The position numbers and the translations under genes are program-made. Source: an uncultured Methanosarcinaceae archaeon (GTDB lineage Archaea > Halobacteriota > Methanosarcinia > Methanosarcinales > Methanosarcinaceae). From it: 64,000 nucleotides of DNA. The stretch lies in assembly GCA_963721455.1 (NCBI GenBank), contig CAVRJG010000041.1:1-64000 (forward strand), read 5' to 3'. Of this stretch, positions 1 to 11,362 are shown piece by piece (positions within the stretch are counted from its first letter, which is position 1; every line of letters begins with the position of its first letter). The notes beneath the pieces were generated by a model. It saw only the letters and a list, made by a program, of their open reading frames with translations. It searched no databases and was not told where the DNA came from.

Positions 1-760
1 CGCGTGCATCCTGTACTGGTTCCTAAAGTGATGTATCCTTCGTTACGTTTTAAGTCGTAAATGCCATGTGGAGTTACAATGCCATCTGAAAATGTATCGA
101 AATCGTGGTCATAAACCTTAACTGGCTGAGTACAATAAACTTTTCCGTCACGGTAGAAGTTGCCTATGAATTCTTTTTTTTGACATCTATACTGATAATC
201 GGATTCTTGCTTTTTGAGTACTCTTCTTTTAACTCACGAATCCTCTCAAATTGCTCATTCCTATCTTTACAATCTTTCATTGTGACGGTTTTTTGCATCT
301 TTCTCTTTGCAAAACCATGTTTCTTTAAGAGCTGCTTTACTACATGGGGACTTATGTTGTCATGCCTTTTGCTTCAAAAGCCTTTGAAATCTCCTTAAGA
401 CTCAGATTTGTCCATTTTATTTTCGTTATCCATAGGGCTTCCAGCCGTATGATCTTTTAAAATCTCAAAGAAAACTTCATCAATATTCTCGACTGTATCG
501 ATGATTTTCTTTTTACCTCCACCAGGCTTTCGAATCCTGTTATCTGGTTTTTCTATACCATTAGTGATTTCACTAATTCCAGCCATAACAGTTTGAAAAT
601 GACAGCCTAGAACACTACTTATGTGCTTCTCCAGGCTTCTCATTACCAAATTCCTTCATTGCTTTCTATGGCTGCATTTTTTTGATCTTTGATTTAAAGT
701 GTTAAGAAAACACTTTCATTTGTTTTTTACTTCCTCAGAATATTTTGTGAATATTAAAAG
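1..760 (-). pseudogene. ISAzo13-family (Rhodopirellula-type DDE) transposase, frameshifted, truncated by window edge
   Basis: Minus-strand pieces read RIRKPGGGKKK..HTAGSPM and, in another frame, NPIISIDVKKKEFIGNF..VYDHDF..PHGIYDL, which are ISAzo13-type motifs. Frames are broken near 370-420 and 650. End coordinate approximate. Confidence 0.8.
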
Positions 761-859
761 TAGTTTCCTGCATTTACAAACAAAATTTCATTAATAATAT
801 ATTATATGACAATAAAAATACTTTCAAAATTATCTGTTATCTCAAATTTATAGGTGGTT

Positions 860-1263
860 CAAGCCAAAATCAATATTGGGGATTATACACTGAAAATGGA
901 GAGTTTTATTGGTACGATTTAGGAAGTACACAGAATACAGACTCTTATTTAAAATCATTAATCAAGTTTCAAAGAGATATAGGGACAAGGATATTTCTTC
1001 TACTGGACAGGGCTACATGGCATAGATCCTCAAAGGTAAAGGAATTTTATCAAAATAATAAACATTGGTTGCAAATACTATTTTTCCCTCCAGCTATTCC
1101 AGATAAGAACCCAACAGAATATTGTTGGAAAACGACAAGAGAAGAGTTAACATCAATAAAATCATTCAAAAATATTAAAGTATTGAAAAAAGAACTGGAT
1201 GAGTTTTGGGAGAGACATATATTTACACACAAAATGTCGCATTATTTAAAATGGTGACTATAG
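860..1263 (+). pseudogene. IS630-family transposase C-terminal remnant
   Basis: ORF 1069-1257 has FFPPAIPDKNPTEYCWK (IS630 P.YSPELNP.E..W motif) with upstream LLLDRATWH. No N-terminus. Ends in GGTGACTATAG, a possible terminal repeat. Confidence 0.7.
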
Positions 1264-1363
1264 TTGTTTTTTCATTCACGGAAGTTTTTTGAAATATTCA
1301 AGTTATGCAGGCAAGGAGAGGATGCCAAAGCTTAATTAAGGGCGGGGTCTCTAATCCAATCTG

Positions 1364-3904
1364 ATGAAGCCTGAAAAACCGGAACTGCTTGCCCCGGCCG
1401 GCGGCATGGAAGCCCTTGTTGCAGCCGTAGAAAACGGAGCTGACGCTGTGTATCTCGGAGCCCGGGCTTTCAGTGCCAGGGGGTACGCCTCTAATTTCTC
1501 AGATAAAGAGCTTGAAGAAGCCATTGATTATGCTCACCTCAGAGGCGTGAAAGTATACGTAACCGTAAATACTCTACTTAAGGAAGGGGAAGTGGAAGAC
1601 GCCCTTGAACTGCTTTCCTGCCTGAGGGTAATGGGGGCAGATGCGGTTATCGTGCAGGACCTGGGGCTTATTTCCCTTGCAGGAAAATATCTGCCTGACC
1701 TTCCGCTGCATGCGAGCACACAGATGACTCTGCATAACAGCGAAGGAGTTGAGTTAGTAAAAAAATTAGGAATCGAAAGAGTTGTACTCTCGCGTGAGTC
1801 CTCGCTTGAAGAAATAAAACGGATAAAAGAAAAAACCGGGACTGAAATAGAGGTTTTCATACATGGAGCTCTCTGCATCTCCTATTCCGGGCAGTGCCTC
1901 CTGAGCAGCCTTATAGGGGGGAGGAGTGGGAACAGAGGGTACTGCGCCCAGCCGTGCCGCAAAAAATACAGGTTGTACTGTGAAGGAAAACAGATCCGAA
2001 CAAGCGGGAACTATCTTTTAAGCCCAAAAGACCTTAACACAATTTCAGGTCTGGGAGCCCTTATAGAAGCCGGGATCGAGTCTTTCAAAATAGAGGGCAG
2101 AATGAAGAGGCCGGAGTATGTTGCAGGCGTTGTCAGGATTTACCGCCGCCTGATTGACAGGTATATTGAAAATCCTTCAGGGTACTCTGTTTCCGAAGAA
2201 GAACAGGAAACGCTCACCCAGCTTTTTAATCGGGGTTTTACTCAAGGCTACTTTTTTGAAAATCCACGTTGGGAACTCATGAGCCGGGAGAATCCCCATA
2301 ACCGTGGAATTCCGGCAGGCACGGTTGTAGGGTATGACAGGATTTCAAGTCGTATCCGCGTAAAACTTTCACGCTCTCTCCGCCTGGGAGACGGAATAAT
2401 GGTCGAAAACGCCGAAACCAGTCCCGAGGATAAAGGAAAAATTATATCCTCAATGTATACCGGGAAGGGTCCTGTATACAGTGCAGGAAAGGGAGATATT
2501 ATAGAAATCCCATTTGACTCAAAAGCACCATCAGGAAGCACTGTGTACAGAACGCATGATAAGAAGCTTATGGATTCCCTCAAAAAAGAAAGCGAATCCG
2601 GAAGCTTGAGGCCTAAAATCCCTGTATCCATCACCTCAACAGTTGCATCAGGAAAGCCTGTCAGGCTTGAAATAAAGGACAGGGATTCAAACATAGTAAC
2701 AATTGAATCCGAATATCTGGTCGAGACGGCAGAAAAGCAGCCTACTTCAAAGGCTCAGATAGAAAAACAGCTCTCAAAACTCGGAAACACGCTTTTTGAG
2801 GCAGCTGAACTTCATGTGGCTACGGAAGGGGATATTTTTATTCCAATGGGGCAATTGAACGAACTGAGGACAAAAGCAATCCAGCAACTTGAAAACCTGC
2901 GGATTTCCAGGTGGAAGCGAAAACCTCTCAAAACTCCACAATTCTCCGAATCAGGAGAAAAGGCAGGACAGGATGTAGAAGAAAATGCTCCGGAAAATCT
3001 TCCGATACGTCCTATGCTCTCGGTTTCCGTGTATTCCCTTGACGGGCTTGAAGGAGCGCTTGCAGGCGGAGCAGATCGCATCTATTTCGGAGAAGGGTTT
3101 TTTAGAAGGCCGGAAACGGCAGGGCAAAAAGAAAGCTCTGCAAAAGACCTTGACATTATTTTTGAAAAAGCTGTTACGGAAGCGCGGGATGCGGGCAGGA
3201 AAATCTATTTCAGCACCCCAAAGATTGTCAAAGATTCCGAAATGAAGTCCGTGAAAAAAACTTTCTCTCGTGTCAGGAAACTGGGAGCTGACGGTATCCT
3301 TGCTTCAAACCTTGGGGTACTGGGCCTTGCAAAGGCAGAGAAAATTCCTTTTATTGCAGATAGTCCTCTGAATATCTTTAACAGCCGCACTTCTGCCTTT
3401 TTTTTGCAGGAAGGGGCCCAGATAGCTGTAGTTTCCCCGGAGCTGACGCTTGAGGAACTTAAAGGCATTGCTTCTTACGGGCCTGCGGAATGTGTTGTCC
3501 ACGGCCGCCTTGAACTGATGGAATCCGAACACTGCCTTGCAGGCGGGCTGCTCGGAAAAGATAAAGGACAGTGCAGTACCCCATGCAGGTCAGGGAACTT
3601 TACACTCGTAGACGAGAAAAATTATGAGTTTCCCCTGCTCATGGACTCTCAATGCAGAATGCATCTCCTTAACTCAAGGTCTCTCTGCATGCTCGAATAT
3701 GTTCCGGCACTTCTCGAAAGCGGAGTATCGAGCCTCAGGATAGAGACTCTCGGAATGGAAAATCCTGAAGTAGTAAGAAAAGTGACCGGGAAATACAGGG
3801 ACGCAATTGATACCTATCTTGAGGCCGGAAAACAGGAACCGGAAAAATGTGAAAGCCTTGGGAAGGGCTTTACTAAAGGGCATTATTTCAGGGGTGTGCA
3901 GTAA
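1364..3904 (+). CDS. Peptidase U32 family protein with C-terminal extension (RlhA/TrhP-like RNA hydroxylation family)
   Basis: PELLAPAG, GADAVYLG, HGALCISYSGQC, RGYCAQPCR and KIEGRMK motifs; 846 aa. Confidence 0.9.
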   Translation: MKPEKPELLAPAGGMEALVAAVENGADAVYLGARAFSARGYASNFSDKELEEAIDYAHLRGVKVYVTVNTLLKEGEVEDALELLSCLRVMGADAVIVQDLGLISLAGKYLPDLPLHASTQMTLHNSEGVELVKKLGIERVVLSRESSLEEIKRIKEKTGTEIEVFIHGALCISYSGQCLLSSLIGGRSGNRGYCAQPCRKKYRLYCEGKQIRTSGNYLLSPKDLNTISGLGALIEAGIESFKIEGRMKRPEYVAGVVRIYRRLIDRYIENPSGYSVSEEEQETLTQLFNRGFTQGYFFENPRWELMSRENPHNRGIPAGTVVGYDRISSRIRVKLSRSLRLGDGIMVENAETSPEDKGKIISSMYTGKGPVYSAGKGDIIEIPFDSKAPSGSTVYRTHDKKLMDSLKKESESGSLRPKIPVSITSTVASGKPVRLEIKDRDSNIVTIESEYLVETAEKQPTSKAQIEKQLSKLGNTLFEAAELHVATEGDIFIPMGQLNELRTKAIQQLENLRISRWKRKPLKTPQFSESGEKAGQDVEENAPENLPIRPMLSVSVYSLDGLEGALAGGADRIYFGEGFFRRPETAGQKESSAKDLDIIFEKAVTEARDAGRKIYFSTPKIVKDSEMKSVKKTFSRVRKLGADGILASNLGVLGLAKAEKIPFIADSPLNIFNSRTSAFFLQEGAQIAVVSPELTLEELKGIASYGPAECVVHGRLELMESEHCLAGGLLGKDKGQCSTPCRSGNFTLVDEKNYEFPLLMDSQCRMHLLNSRSLCMLEYVPALLESGVSSLRIETLGMENPEVVRKVTGKYRDAIDTYLEAGKQEPEKCESLGKGFTKGHYFRGVQ

Positions 3905-3940
3905 AAAATCCGGGAGTACCGGAAAAAAAGGATTTGAAGG

Positions 3941-4408
3941 ATGAAAATTATGGAAATTATGGCGAAAATGAGAGTTTCGGAACAGCGGGGCCCGAAAATA
4001 TTCCTGTCTGGCTCGATCCGCGGAGGAAGGCAACTGCTTGAAACATACCGGTTTATGTTTGATACCCTGGAAGAAGCAGGAGCTGAGGTGCTCAGCTGGC
4101 ACGTTGCGGACCCTGAACTGGAAAAAGTAGAAACGGAAATGACCGAAGAAGAGATTTACGCCAGGGATATGGGTTTGCTTGTGAAAAGCGACGCCTTAAT
4201 CGCTGAAGTTACGATACCTTCGACAGGTGTGGGTTACGAAATCTGCAGGGCGCTTGTCAAGGGAGTTCCCGTTCTCTGCCTTCACAGCCCGGATGCGGCA
4301 GTCTCGGCAATGGTGCTGGGAAATCCGGGCTCCTTACTTGAGGTACGGGCCTATCCGGACAAAGCGTCACTTAAAAAAATTATTATTGAATTTATCAAGG
4401 CTCTCTGA
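3941..4408 (+). CDS. Nucleoside 2-deoxyribosyltransferase / 2'-deoxynucleoside 5'-phosphate N-hydrolase
   Basis: [34 protein letters not shown] motifs; true start may be a downstream Met. Confidence 0.85.
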   Translation: MKIMEIMAKMRVSEQRGPKIFLSGSIRGGRQLLETYRFMFDTLEEAGAEVLSWHVADPELEKVETEMTEEEIYARDMGLLVKSDALIAEVTIPSTGVGYEICRALVKGVPVLCLHSPDAAVSAMVLGNPGSLLEVRAYPDKASLKKIIIEFIKAL

Positions 4409-4556
4409 GGAAAAAAGCCTCAAATTAGCCTGCATTTTGAAGGAAAAGTTGTTGAATATCCTGCTCAGGCACAGTAATATAATCTTCTTTAGGTTCACAA
4501 CTGTATTATAAAACTCAATGATAATTATAAATAAGTTGAGTCCCTAACTATGATTT

Positions 4557-4814
4557 ATGGTAGTTGGAATTATAGAAATTTTAGTACTTATTCTGGCAAT
4601 TATAGTGGCCTTCGTGCTATATAAAGCACTCAAGACCGTCACCAGCCTTGCAATAAATGCAGTACTTGGGGTCTTAGTCCTGATGGTGGCAAAACTTTTG
4701 CTCGGACTTAATATCGCAATCACCTGGATAGCAGTTCTTATCTGTGCAATAGGAGGTATTTTCGGAGCACTTGTTGTAATTGTGTTGAATTATCTGAAAC
4801 TGGCCTTCGTATAA
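4557..4814 (+). CDS. Small membrane protein, BofA-like family
   Basis: 85 aa, three hydrophobic segments, AINAVLG..ICAIGGIFG pattern. Confidence 0.7.
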   Translation: MVVGIIEILVLILAIIVAFVLYKALKTVTSLAINAVLGVLVLMVAKLLLGLNIAITWIAVLICAIGGIFGALVVIVLNYLKLAFV

Positions 4815-4905
4815 CAGATAAAAACCCAAAATAAAGGCAGGGATTATCTGAAGCGATGGGCTGCATATGAATTTAAAGTTATTGAATGCCTCTGGAAAGA
4901 TAAAT

Positions 4906-5586
4906 TCAAGCTTTCCGGAAGATTCCTCTTACCATATGCCTCATGTAAGCTTCTCTCCTGAACTTTTTTTCTTTTATTGAATTTTCCAGCTCTATAATTT
5001 CGAATTCCTTGAAGAGCTCTCTTACTTCTCCTTTCGTAAAATAGTGATAAATTATTCCGTTTTGCCGGGCAAAAGTCCTTTCTTCACAAGGGATCGAAGG
5101 TTCTCCCCCGCAGCGCATATCCTCACAGCCGAAAGCCTCGAAGAAGACAAATCCGCCTTTTCTGAGCACGCGGTTGAATTCTTTGACAGCGGATTTCCTT
5201 TCTTCTGAAAAAAGATGTTGAAGTACACCATAACAGAATATTCCGTCAAAAGATTGTGATTTAAAAGGCAAATCATGAACATTTGCCCCAAGGTGTTCGG
5301 CAAACCTGCCGCTCCTTGCAAGCAGCGTCCTGGAACTGTGCAGGGCAACTAAAGAAATGTCAATTCCGACTGCAGTATAGTGCCTTGCAAGCTCTCCCAG
5401 GTATCTGCCGTTTCCAGAGCCTGCATCGAGAACCCTGGATTCGGGCAGGAGATATGCCTGTGTGACCCTGACAGATGCAGGCCCTCCCCATTTAAGGTGC
5501 GCGTATTCCTTGTCCCAGGCAAGGAAATGCTCTTTTGCAGGACTTCCCAGCGAACCTGCGCGGTTATGAGTATCCGATTTATCCAT
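4906..5586 (-). CDS. Class I SAM-dependent methyltransferase
   Basis: VLDAGSGNGR motif I, LPF..FDGI motif; starts 2 bp after the lysK stop. Confidence 0.9.
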   Translation of the reverse strand: MDKSDTHNRAGSLGSPAKEHFLAWDKEYAHLKWGGPASVRVTQAYLLPESRVLDAGSGNGRYLGELARHYTAVGIDISLVALHSSRTLLARSGRFAEHLGANVHDLPFKSQSFDGIFCYGVLQHLFSEERKSAVKEFNRVLRKGGFVFFEAFGCEDMRCGGEPSIPCEERTFARQNGIIYHYFTKGEVRELFKEFEIIELENSIKEKKFRREAYMRHMVRGIFRKA

Positions 5587-5588
5587 AC

Positions 5589-7202
5589 TTATCCGCGTTT
5601 TTCAGGGCTATAGGTCGAAGCCTCTCTGAATCTTTTTACCAGAAATTCCTTCTCAAAAGAAGATAGGAACCATCCGGCTTTGGGGCCTGAACTCTGCCCG
5701 AGTATTGAGGTGTATATGGCTTTGAAAAGATCCTTCTGGTCCAGCTGCGGAACAGGAGTGTTCAGCTTTTCCGCAATCCGCCTGTTCAGTTCCGAGCCCT
5801 CGTCTTTTGCGGAATAGACAAGCATATGGTATTCTTCTCCGCTGATTTCCCCTCTGGTTTCAATAATGGCAGCAAAGGCTGAAAGAAAAGCTTTCTGAAG
5901 CTCGGACAGGGTTGCTGCCTGCACGGGAACCTTCTCTTTTACGTTAAATTTTGCAAAAGGCGGGGCATAGAGTTCCAGCCATTTGGAAACATTATCTGCA
6001 AGTTCCCTTATGCATTTTTCATCTTCAGTGGAAATGCCTGAGCGTTTTACGATTTTCAGGATCCTGTCAAAATCTCCCCTTGCCACCTGATATATAGTTA
6101 CCATCTGCTTGAAAGGAATCTCAGGCTGGCAGATACCCGTTGCCCTGGAAAGTTCATAGACTCTCCGTTCAAAAATCCCAAGAGAAGGGTCATTTTCCCT
6201 GAACTGTGCCCTGAGCCGTTCGTATTCGTCCACCAGGGTAAGGAGAGGCTGTCCAGGGTCGAACTGGATGTGTTTTTCAGGCTTTGTTCGGATTATCAGG
6301 TAGCGAAGAACCTCAGGAGGCACAACCCCAAGCATGTCCGAAATCGAGACAACAACCCCTGTAGACGAAGACATTGCCCCTTGCTTTCCAAGCATTATCC
6401 ATTCATAGACGACAGGATATGGAGGTTCATGCCCGTAAATTTCTCTTACGATCCTCTTTCCGGTATCATAAGAGCCACCCTTTGAAGCATGGTCTTTTCC
6501 GAAAGGCTCAACTGTCACCCCAAGAACTGCCCAGCGAGCAGGCCAGTCAACGCGCCAGGTAAGCTTTCCTCCCCCGGCCATCGGCACCGTTCCGGTGTGC
6601 CCGCAGGCACAGGCATAGTCAACGGTCTCAGCCTCAAGATTAAAACCCGTAACTTTCGTGGTTGTAATTCTTCCGCATTCATCACACCTGGGATTGAAAG
6701 GACTCCAGTCAGATGCTACGGTTTTTCCTGAAACCTCTTCTAGGATTTTTGCAATGGAATCTCTTTTTACAAGGGCGGTCTTTATTGCTTCGGTGTACGT
6801 GCCTGCCCTGTACATCTCATCTGCCCTGTAGACTTTCGGAGTGATGCCCAGGCGCCTGAGGGCTTCAAGGAAAGGTTTCAGGAAATGCTCGGCATAGTTT
6901 GCGCAATCTCCGCAGGGGCAGGGAACCTCAGAGATGGGTTTTCCCACATGCTCGGCATAACTCTCGGGAAGGAAAGGGTAAACCTTGCGCAGAGGGTCAT
7001 AATTGTCAGCAATATATATAAAATCGGCATCAGTTCCCTTGTCAATGAGAGCTCTGTAAACAGCATCGGCAGTCACAACTTCTCTCATATTGCCTATATG
7101 GATGTGGCCAGAAGGAGTGATGCCTGTAGCGACAAGATGTTTGCCGTTCTTTTTTAACACGTCTTCGGCTATGACGTCTGCCCAGTGTATTGTATCAGCC
7201 AT
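5589..7202 (-). CDS. lysK: Class I lysyl-tRNA synthetase
   Basis: [17 protein letters not shown] (HIGH-like), [18 protein letters not shown] (KMSKS-like), GPKAG; start taken at MADTIHW. Confidence 0.95.
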   Translation of the reverse strand: MADTIHWADVIAEDVLKKNGKHLVATGITPSGHIHIGNMREVVTADAVYRALIDKGTDADFIYIADNYDPLRKVYPFLPESYAEHVGKPISEVPCPCGDCANYAEHFLKPFLEALRRLGITPKVYRADEMYRAGTYTEAIKTALVKRDSIAKILEEVSGKTVASDWSPFNPRCDECGRITTTKVTGFNLEAETVDYACACGHTGTVPMAGGGKLTWRVDWPARWAVLGVTVEPFGKDHASKGGSYDTGKRIVREIYGHEPPYPVVYEWIMLGKQGAMSSSTGVVVSISDMLGVVPPEVLRYLIIRTKPEKHIQFDPGQPLLTLVDEYERLRAQFRENDPSLGIFERRVYELSRATGICQPEIPFKQMVTIYQVARGDFDRILKIVKRSGISTEDEKCIRELADNVSKWLELYAPPFAKFNVKEKVPVQAATLSELQKAFLSAFAAIIETRGEISGEEYHMLVYSAKDEGSELNRRIAEKLNTPVPQLDQKDLFKAIYTSILGQSSGPKAGWFLSSFEKEFLVKRFREASTYSPEKRG

Positions 7203-7814
7203 AGTTCTCACCAGAATTTCCGATAAACCTGGAAGCAGGTATGAAAACAGGAAATAGAAGTCTCTTTCGTTTATCCAGATGTTGGATTCCCTGCATAATT
7301 ATCGTATCAATTAATAAACCTTGGGCTGGAAGGCAAAGAACCTGAAGCTGTTTCCATTGCGAACTCTTTGACAATAAAGGAAACGGAAGAAAACAAAAAG
7401 AAAAATCAGTTATAAAAAACAAAAAAAAGAAAAAATTTAATGGAGGTTCGAAGGCAAATTGATTCGGGAGTCTGCAGATTTACGGAGATTTAAAATGGCA
7501 CTTTACAGGGCAAATCAAGTAAATTTGATTTGCTAATAAATAAAAGCACGTAAAAATATATAAAGATTTCGCAAATGGTGGGGCGCGGTCAGAAAAATGA
7601 AAAATAATAGAACAAGCAATGTGAAAACAACCTGCCAGGGGAAAACAAGAATAAAAATTATCAGAAATAAATAAAGAACTGAGGAATATCAAAAAGAAAA
7701 AAATAACTGGTATAGAATAAAAAAACTGAAAAAACTGAAAATAGCAATAACCGAGAATACCGGAAGATAAGTTGAAAAACTCAACCGGAAATTTTCATCA
7801 AAAAATCTCTCAAG

Positions 7815-7850
7815 AATGATTCAAGAAAATGATTCAAGAAAATGATTCAA
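7815..7850. repeat. Short tandem repeat (AATGATTCAAGAA) x~3
   Basis: aatgattcaagaa aatgattcaagaa aatgattcaa, read directly. Confidence 0.7.
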
Positions 7851-8080
7851 TAAGAAATACTTGCTGGGAAGTTAGGTCAAAAGAATTCGTTAAAAATTAA
7901 AAAAGCAGGGAGGTCGCTATTATTTTATGGGAAGAACTTTTCGGACCTGCCTTCAGCCTCAATAACTGTTTTTAAGCTGTGTTTTTTCGGCAGGCCCGGA
8001 TTTATTCAGGTCTGTTCCAGGTCTGTCCTATTTCTCCCTGCTACGGAGGACAATTCAGGCTGCTACCTGAATTTTTTTCC

Positions 8081-9484
8081 TTAACGGATCTGTTTTCTGA
8101 AGAGGTTGCAGGAGTTGATCTTGACATCGAGCAACTTTTCGATGTTCATCTTTGCGGCAATACCTTTTGCAGCGCCAGGAACTGAGGTGATGACACCAAT
8201 ATCGAGTTCCTCACGCAGTTCGCGCATTACGTGCTCGTCTGACAGGTCCATGGTGTCGACGTTGAGTTTCTTTGCCACGTACTCTTTTGCTTCTTTTATC
8301 CTCATGTTCTTTGAGAACTCCATCCTTGCGACAAGGTCGCCTGCAGCCCTTATTCCGGTCATTCCGGAAGCCATAATGTGGGAAATCGGCATACCCAGCG
8401 GGTCGCCGACCCCGATCTATATGCCGTCTACGCCTGCAATTTCAACCATTGCCTTGCTGGCCCTGGTAACGGCATCGATTGGTGGAGTCTCAAGCATCGG
8501 GATTCCGCCCACGCCCATTCCCATGTCAACGTGACAGGGGATTGAAGAAGCTTCGACAGCTGCCTTCATGAAGGTAACTGCACGGGCAAGGTTCCAGGCT
8601 GAGGTCTTGCTGGTGTTGGTGTTGCACACGGGCCCGAAGACATTTGCTCCTGCCTTTGCAACCAGGGGTGCCTGCTGGTGAGGCCAGAGCCCGGCAAGGG
8701 TCACGCCGTCATACTGAAGGTTTCCGTGCATACCGAGCACCATTTCCCCGGCCATTCCGGCTTCGATGTACATGTCAGGGAATTCCTTTCGGAGGGCTTC
8801 GATTGCATGAAGAGTACCATACATATCGGCATCTCCGGCTGCGGCAGTTGTGTCAAAGTTTACGCCGTCTGCCCCGGAGGCAAAAAGCTTCTGCATGACC
8901 CATACGGTGTCTCTGGTAAGGTGTTCTGCAGCGTGTTCCATGGATTCCCAGGCTTCCTGAATCTTAAAAGCTTTCATAAGGTCGCCTGGGTTTTCGAATG
9001 GTCCGTCAGGGGTGTAATAAAGCCCCATGTTCGGCATTGCCCCGTAAAAGAGCGGGATGATCATGTTCTGCTGGCAGACTTCCATTGCCTGGCATTCGTT
9101 TGAAACCACAGGCTTTACCGGCTTGTAGCTGTAGTCGATGTGCCCGAGCTCCATTGTGTCAGCCCCAAAAGCTCTCTCGTGCATCATGCAGCCCACTAAG
9201 CGGCTTGAGGGAATGCCAACACCGCTGTTGCCCTGGTCGCCGTCAAGCCGGATTGTACCGATGTCGTGCGTCACAGGCACTTCCATGCCCTGTTCCACAC
9301 TGACTGCCTTTCCGGGCATCATCAGAATTTCTGCAAGCTTGTCGATTTCATCGGCGCTGAGGGCAGGGATCTCGCCAAGATCCGCAGCATTTGCGGTTCC
9401 GGCTTCGATCTCGCTTAAAATCTGTTCTTTGGTAAGGAAGACACGTTTACCGTCTCCCATCCTCAAAGCATATTCAGTTGCCAT
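8081..9484 (-). CDS. mtbB: Dimethylamine:corrinoid methyltransferase, 467 aa, pyrrolysine at codon 356 (TAG 8419-8417)
   Basis: ORFs 8417-9484 and 8081-8392 are in the same frame and joined by one TAG: AGVDGI-(O)[13 protein letters not shown]; N-terminus [12 protein letters not shown]. Confidence 0.97.
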
Positions 9485-9541
9485 TTATTTTCACCCTTAT
9501 ATTTTTATTAATATCAGATCTGGAAAGCTATGTTTTGGGGT

Positions 9542-9691
9542 TCAGAATTTGGATACGAAGGTTCTGGCCTGCCAGAGGGCGATTACCGCCAGAATGAGGA
9601 TCAAAACCATCCACATGCTATTTGCTGCCGGTATGAAGGAATTTGCCCAGTATGCATTGTAAGCTTCTAGAGCCACTGCTGTTTGTGTCAT
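9542..9691 (-). CDS. 49-aa single-pass membrane protein in the mtt/mtb operon (below ORF-track cutoff)
   Basis: Hand translation MTQTAVALEAYNAYWANSFIPAANSMWMVLILILAVIALWQARTFVSKF*; GGAGG SD upstream. Confidence 0.75.
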   Translation of the reverse strand: MTQTAVALEAYNAYWANSFIPAANSMWMVLILILAVIALWQARTFVSKF

Positions 9692-9705
9692 ATATTATCC
9701 TCCAA

Positions 9706-10011
9706 TTACACATATCTGAGGCAGGCATCAGAACCCCGGACTTTCCCAAAGTCTGTGATCACATACTTGTGCAGAAGGAAGCCTTTTTTATAGATTTCCT
9801 CTTCGTCGACTTTCTGCTCCACGTCCTTCAGCATCCCTCCTGAAGCCAGTTCGATGATGTCGAAGTTGATGCTGTCCCTGCCGTAGTTGCTGTTCATGCC
9901 GTACTCTTTCTGGATCTTTGAAACTATCTCATAGTTCCAGTATTCTTTCCCATCCAGGAGAAGTTCCAGGATCCTGAACTTGATAGGGCGGTTTCCAGTC
10001 ATTTCATTCAC
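9706..10011 (-). CDS. Hypothetical protein, winged-helix-like, in the mtt operon
   Basis: 101 aa, overlaps the mttP stop; ends YVITDFGK like PadR/wHTH wings. Confidence 0.75.
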   Translation of the reverse strand: MNEMTGNRPIKFRILELLLDGKEYWNYEIVSKIQKEYGMNSNYGRDSINFDIIELASGGMLKDVEQKVDEEEIYKKGFLLHKYVITDFGKVRGSDACLRYV

Positions 10012-11065
10012 CTCTCAGAGTTTCAAGCGCACTTGCTTCTTCCGTAAACATGACGAAACTGCCAATGACACAGAGAGTGCCTCCGACAAGGATAGTCCAC
10101 TGCGGGACATCTCCGAAGAAGAGGAAAATAAAGATAATAGCAAACAGCCCGTAAAGATTTCCGATACCCTGGCCTCTTCCAACCCCAATGAGCGGGAAGG
10201 ATTTGTACCAGCAGACATAACAGAAACCAAAGGTAATTCCTGCAAAGATCAGAACCAGCAGCGTAAGGGGTTCGAAGGCCTGAAGCGCAAAGGAATACAT
10301 CGGGAAACCGAAGAATGCAAGCAACGGAACAATAATAATCCACCAGATAATGTTTTCTCCAAGGAAGCGAAGAGTCAAACCGGCATCAGGCTCTGAAATA
10401 TCAAGACCTTTGCCTGCGATTGCACCTTCAATACCCCAGCCTGCAGCAGCCATCAAGCCTCCAAGATACCCGATCCACTGGACTTTGCCTGAAGAAAGTT
10501 CAGTCAGAAGCCCACCACCGAAGATCGTAATGCCTCCGAGAATGATGACTCCAATGCCCATCGCAGCTCTCTTTGAGATCTTTTCCCCGTACCAGTAGTA
10601 GGCAAGAACAGAACCTACCACAGGGTAGAGAAGAGCCGCAACAGCTGCAAATGCTCCGCCGATAAAGCCCATAGCAATAAAAGAACCTAGAATTGCCATC
10701 GGGCCTCCGAAGATAGATGCAAGGAAGAACCACTTGGAACACGGATGGAATTCCTTCATTGTTCGGAAAAGTTCCCCGTATTTGCCAAGTACTCCGTTCC
10801 AGATCATCAACGCAAGCATGACAGTAAGGGCGTTGAAAGCCGTGATCAGAACAGCAGTTACAATAAGAGCTGTACCGTCTCCGCCGGTTTCGGCAATAGC
10901 CCCGTACATTTCATCAAACGGGTTCAGTACCCAAACAACGGTTCCTGGAAGATACCAGATGCCCCAGAAAATAGCACAGAAAAAGGCCCACATATACCCT
11001 TTACTGATCTTTCTTTTGCTTTCCTGTTTTTTTAAAGCTTTCAAATCCACGAAAACTTCCTCCAT
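10004..11065 (-). CDS. mttP: Trimethylamine permease (DMT/EamA superfamily)
   Basis: 353 aa, about 10 hydrophobic segments, lies downstream of mttC. Confidence 0.85.
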   Translation of the reverse strand: MEEVFVDLKALKKQESKRKISKGYMWAFFCAIFWGIWYLPGTVVWVLNPFDEMYGAIAETGGDGTALIVTAVLITAFNALTVMLALMIWNGVLGKYGELFRTMKEFHPCSKWFFLASIFGGPMAILGSFIAMGFIGGAFAAVAALLYPVVGSVLAYYWYGEKISKRAAMGIGVIILGGITIFGGGLLTELSSGKVQWIGYLGGLMAAAGWGIEGAIAGKGLDISEPDAGLTLRFLGENIIWWIIIVPLLAFFGFPMYSFALQAFEPLTLLVLIFAGITFGFCYVCWYKSFPLIGVGRGQGIGNLYGLFAIIFIFLFFGDVPQWTILVGGTLCVIGSFVMFTEEASALETLRGE

Positions 11066-11362
11066 TTTTCAGAATACTATGGAACTCCCTCAGGAAAGGG
11101 GGTTTCCCATTCCATATTCCACAGCTTGAAATCTCTCTTTTGGTGTCATATCTCCGGGAATATTTTCAACGTTCCGTTTTTAACTGTCTTTCCTGACAGT
11201 TGTTTTGTAATAGCAGTCGTTTTATAATATTCTCGTGAATGGTATGACCTGCAAGAGCTGTTAAATCTATGTCTGCAGCTATGGGTTCGCAAAAACTGCA
11301 CAAAATAAAGTTGTGGCAGAAAATGTATTCCGGAGAACACGCTTTCTGCAGTTTGAACCGTT

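Noticed and set aside
5589-7202. lysK next to the pyrrolysine-using operon as a Pyl-charging system
   Set aside because: Pyrrolysine is charged by PylS; adjacency alone supports no new function.
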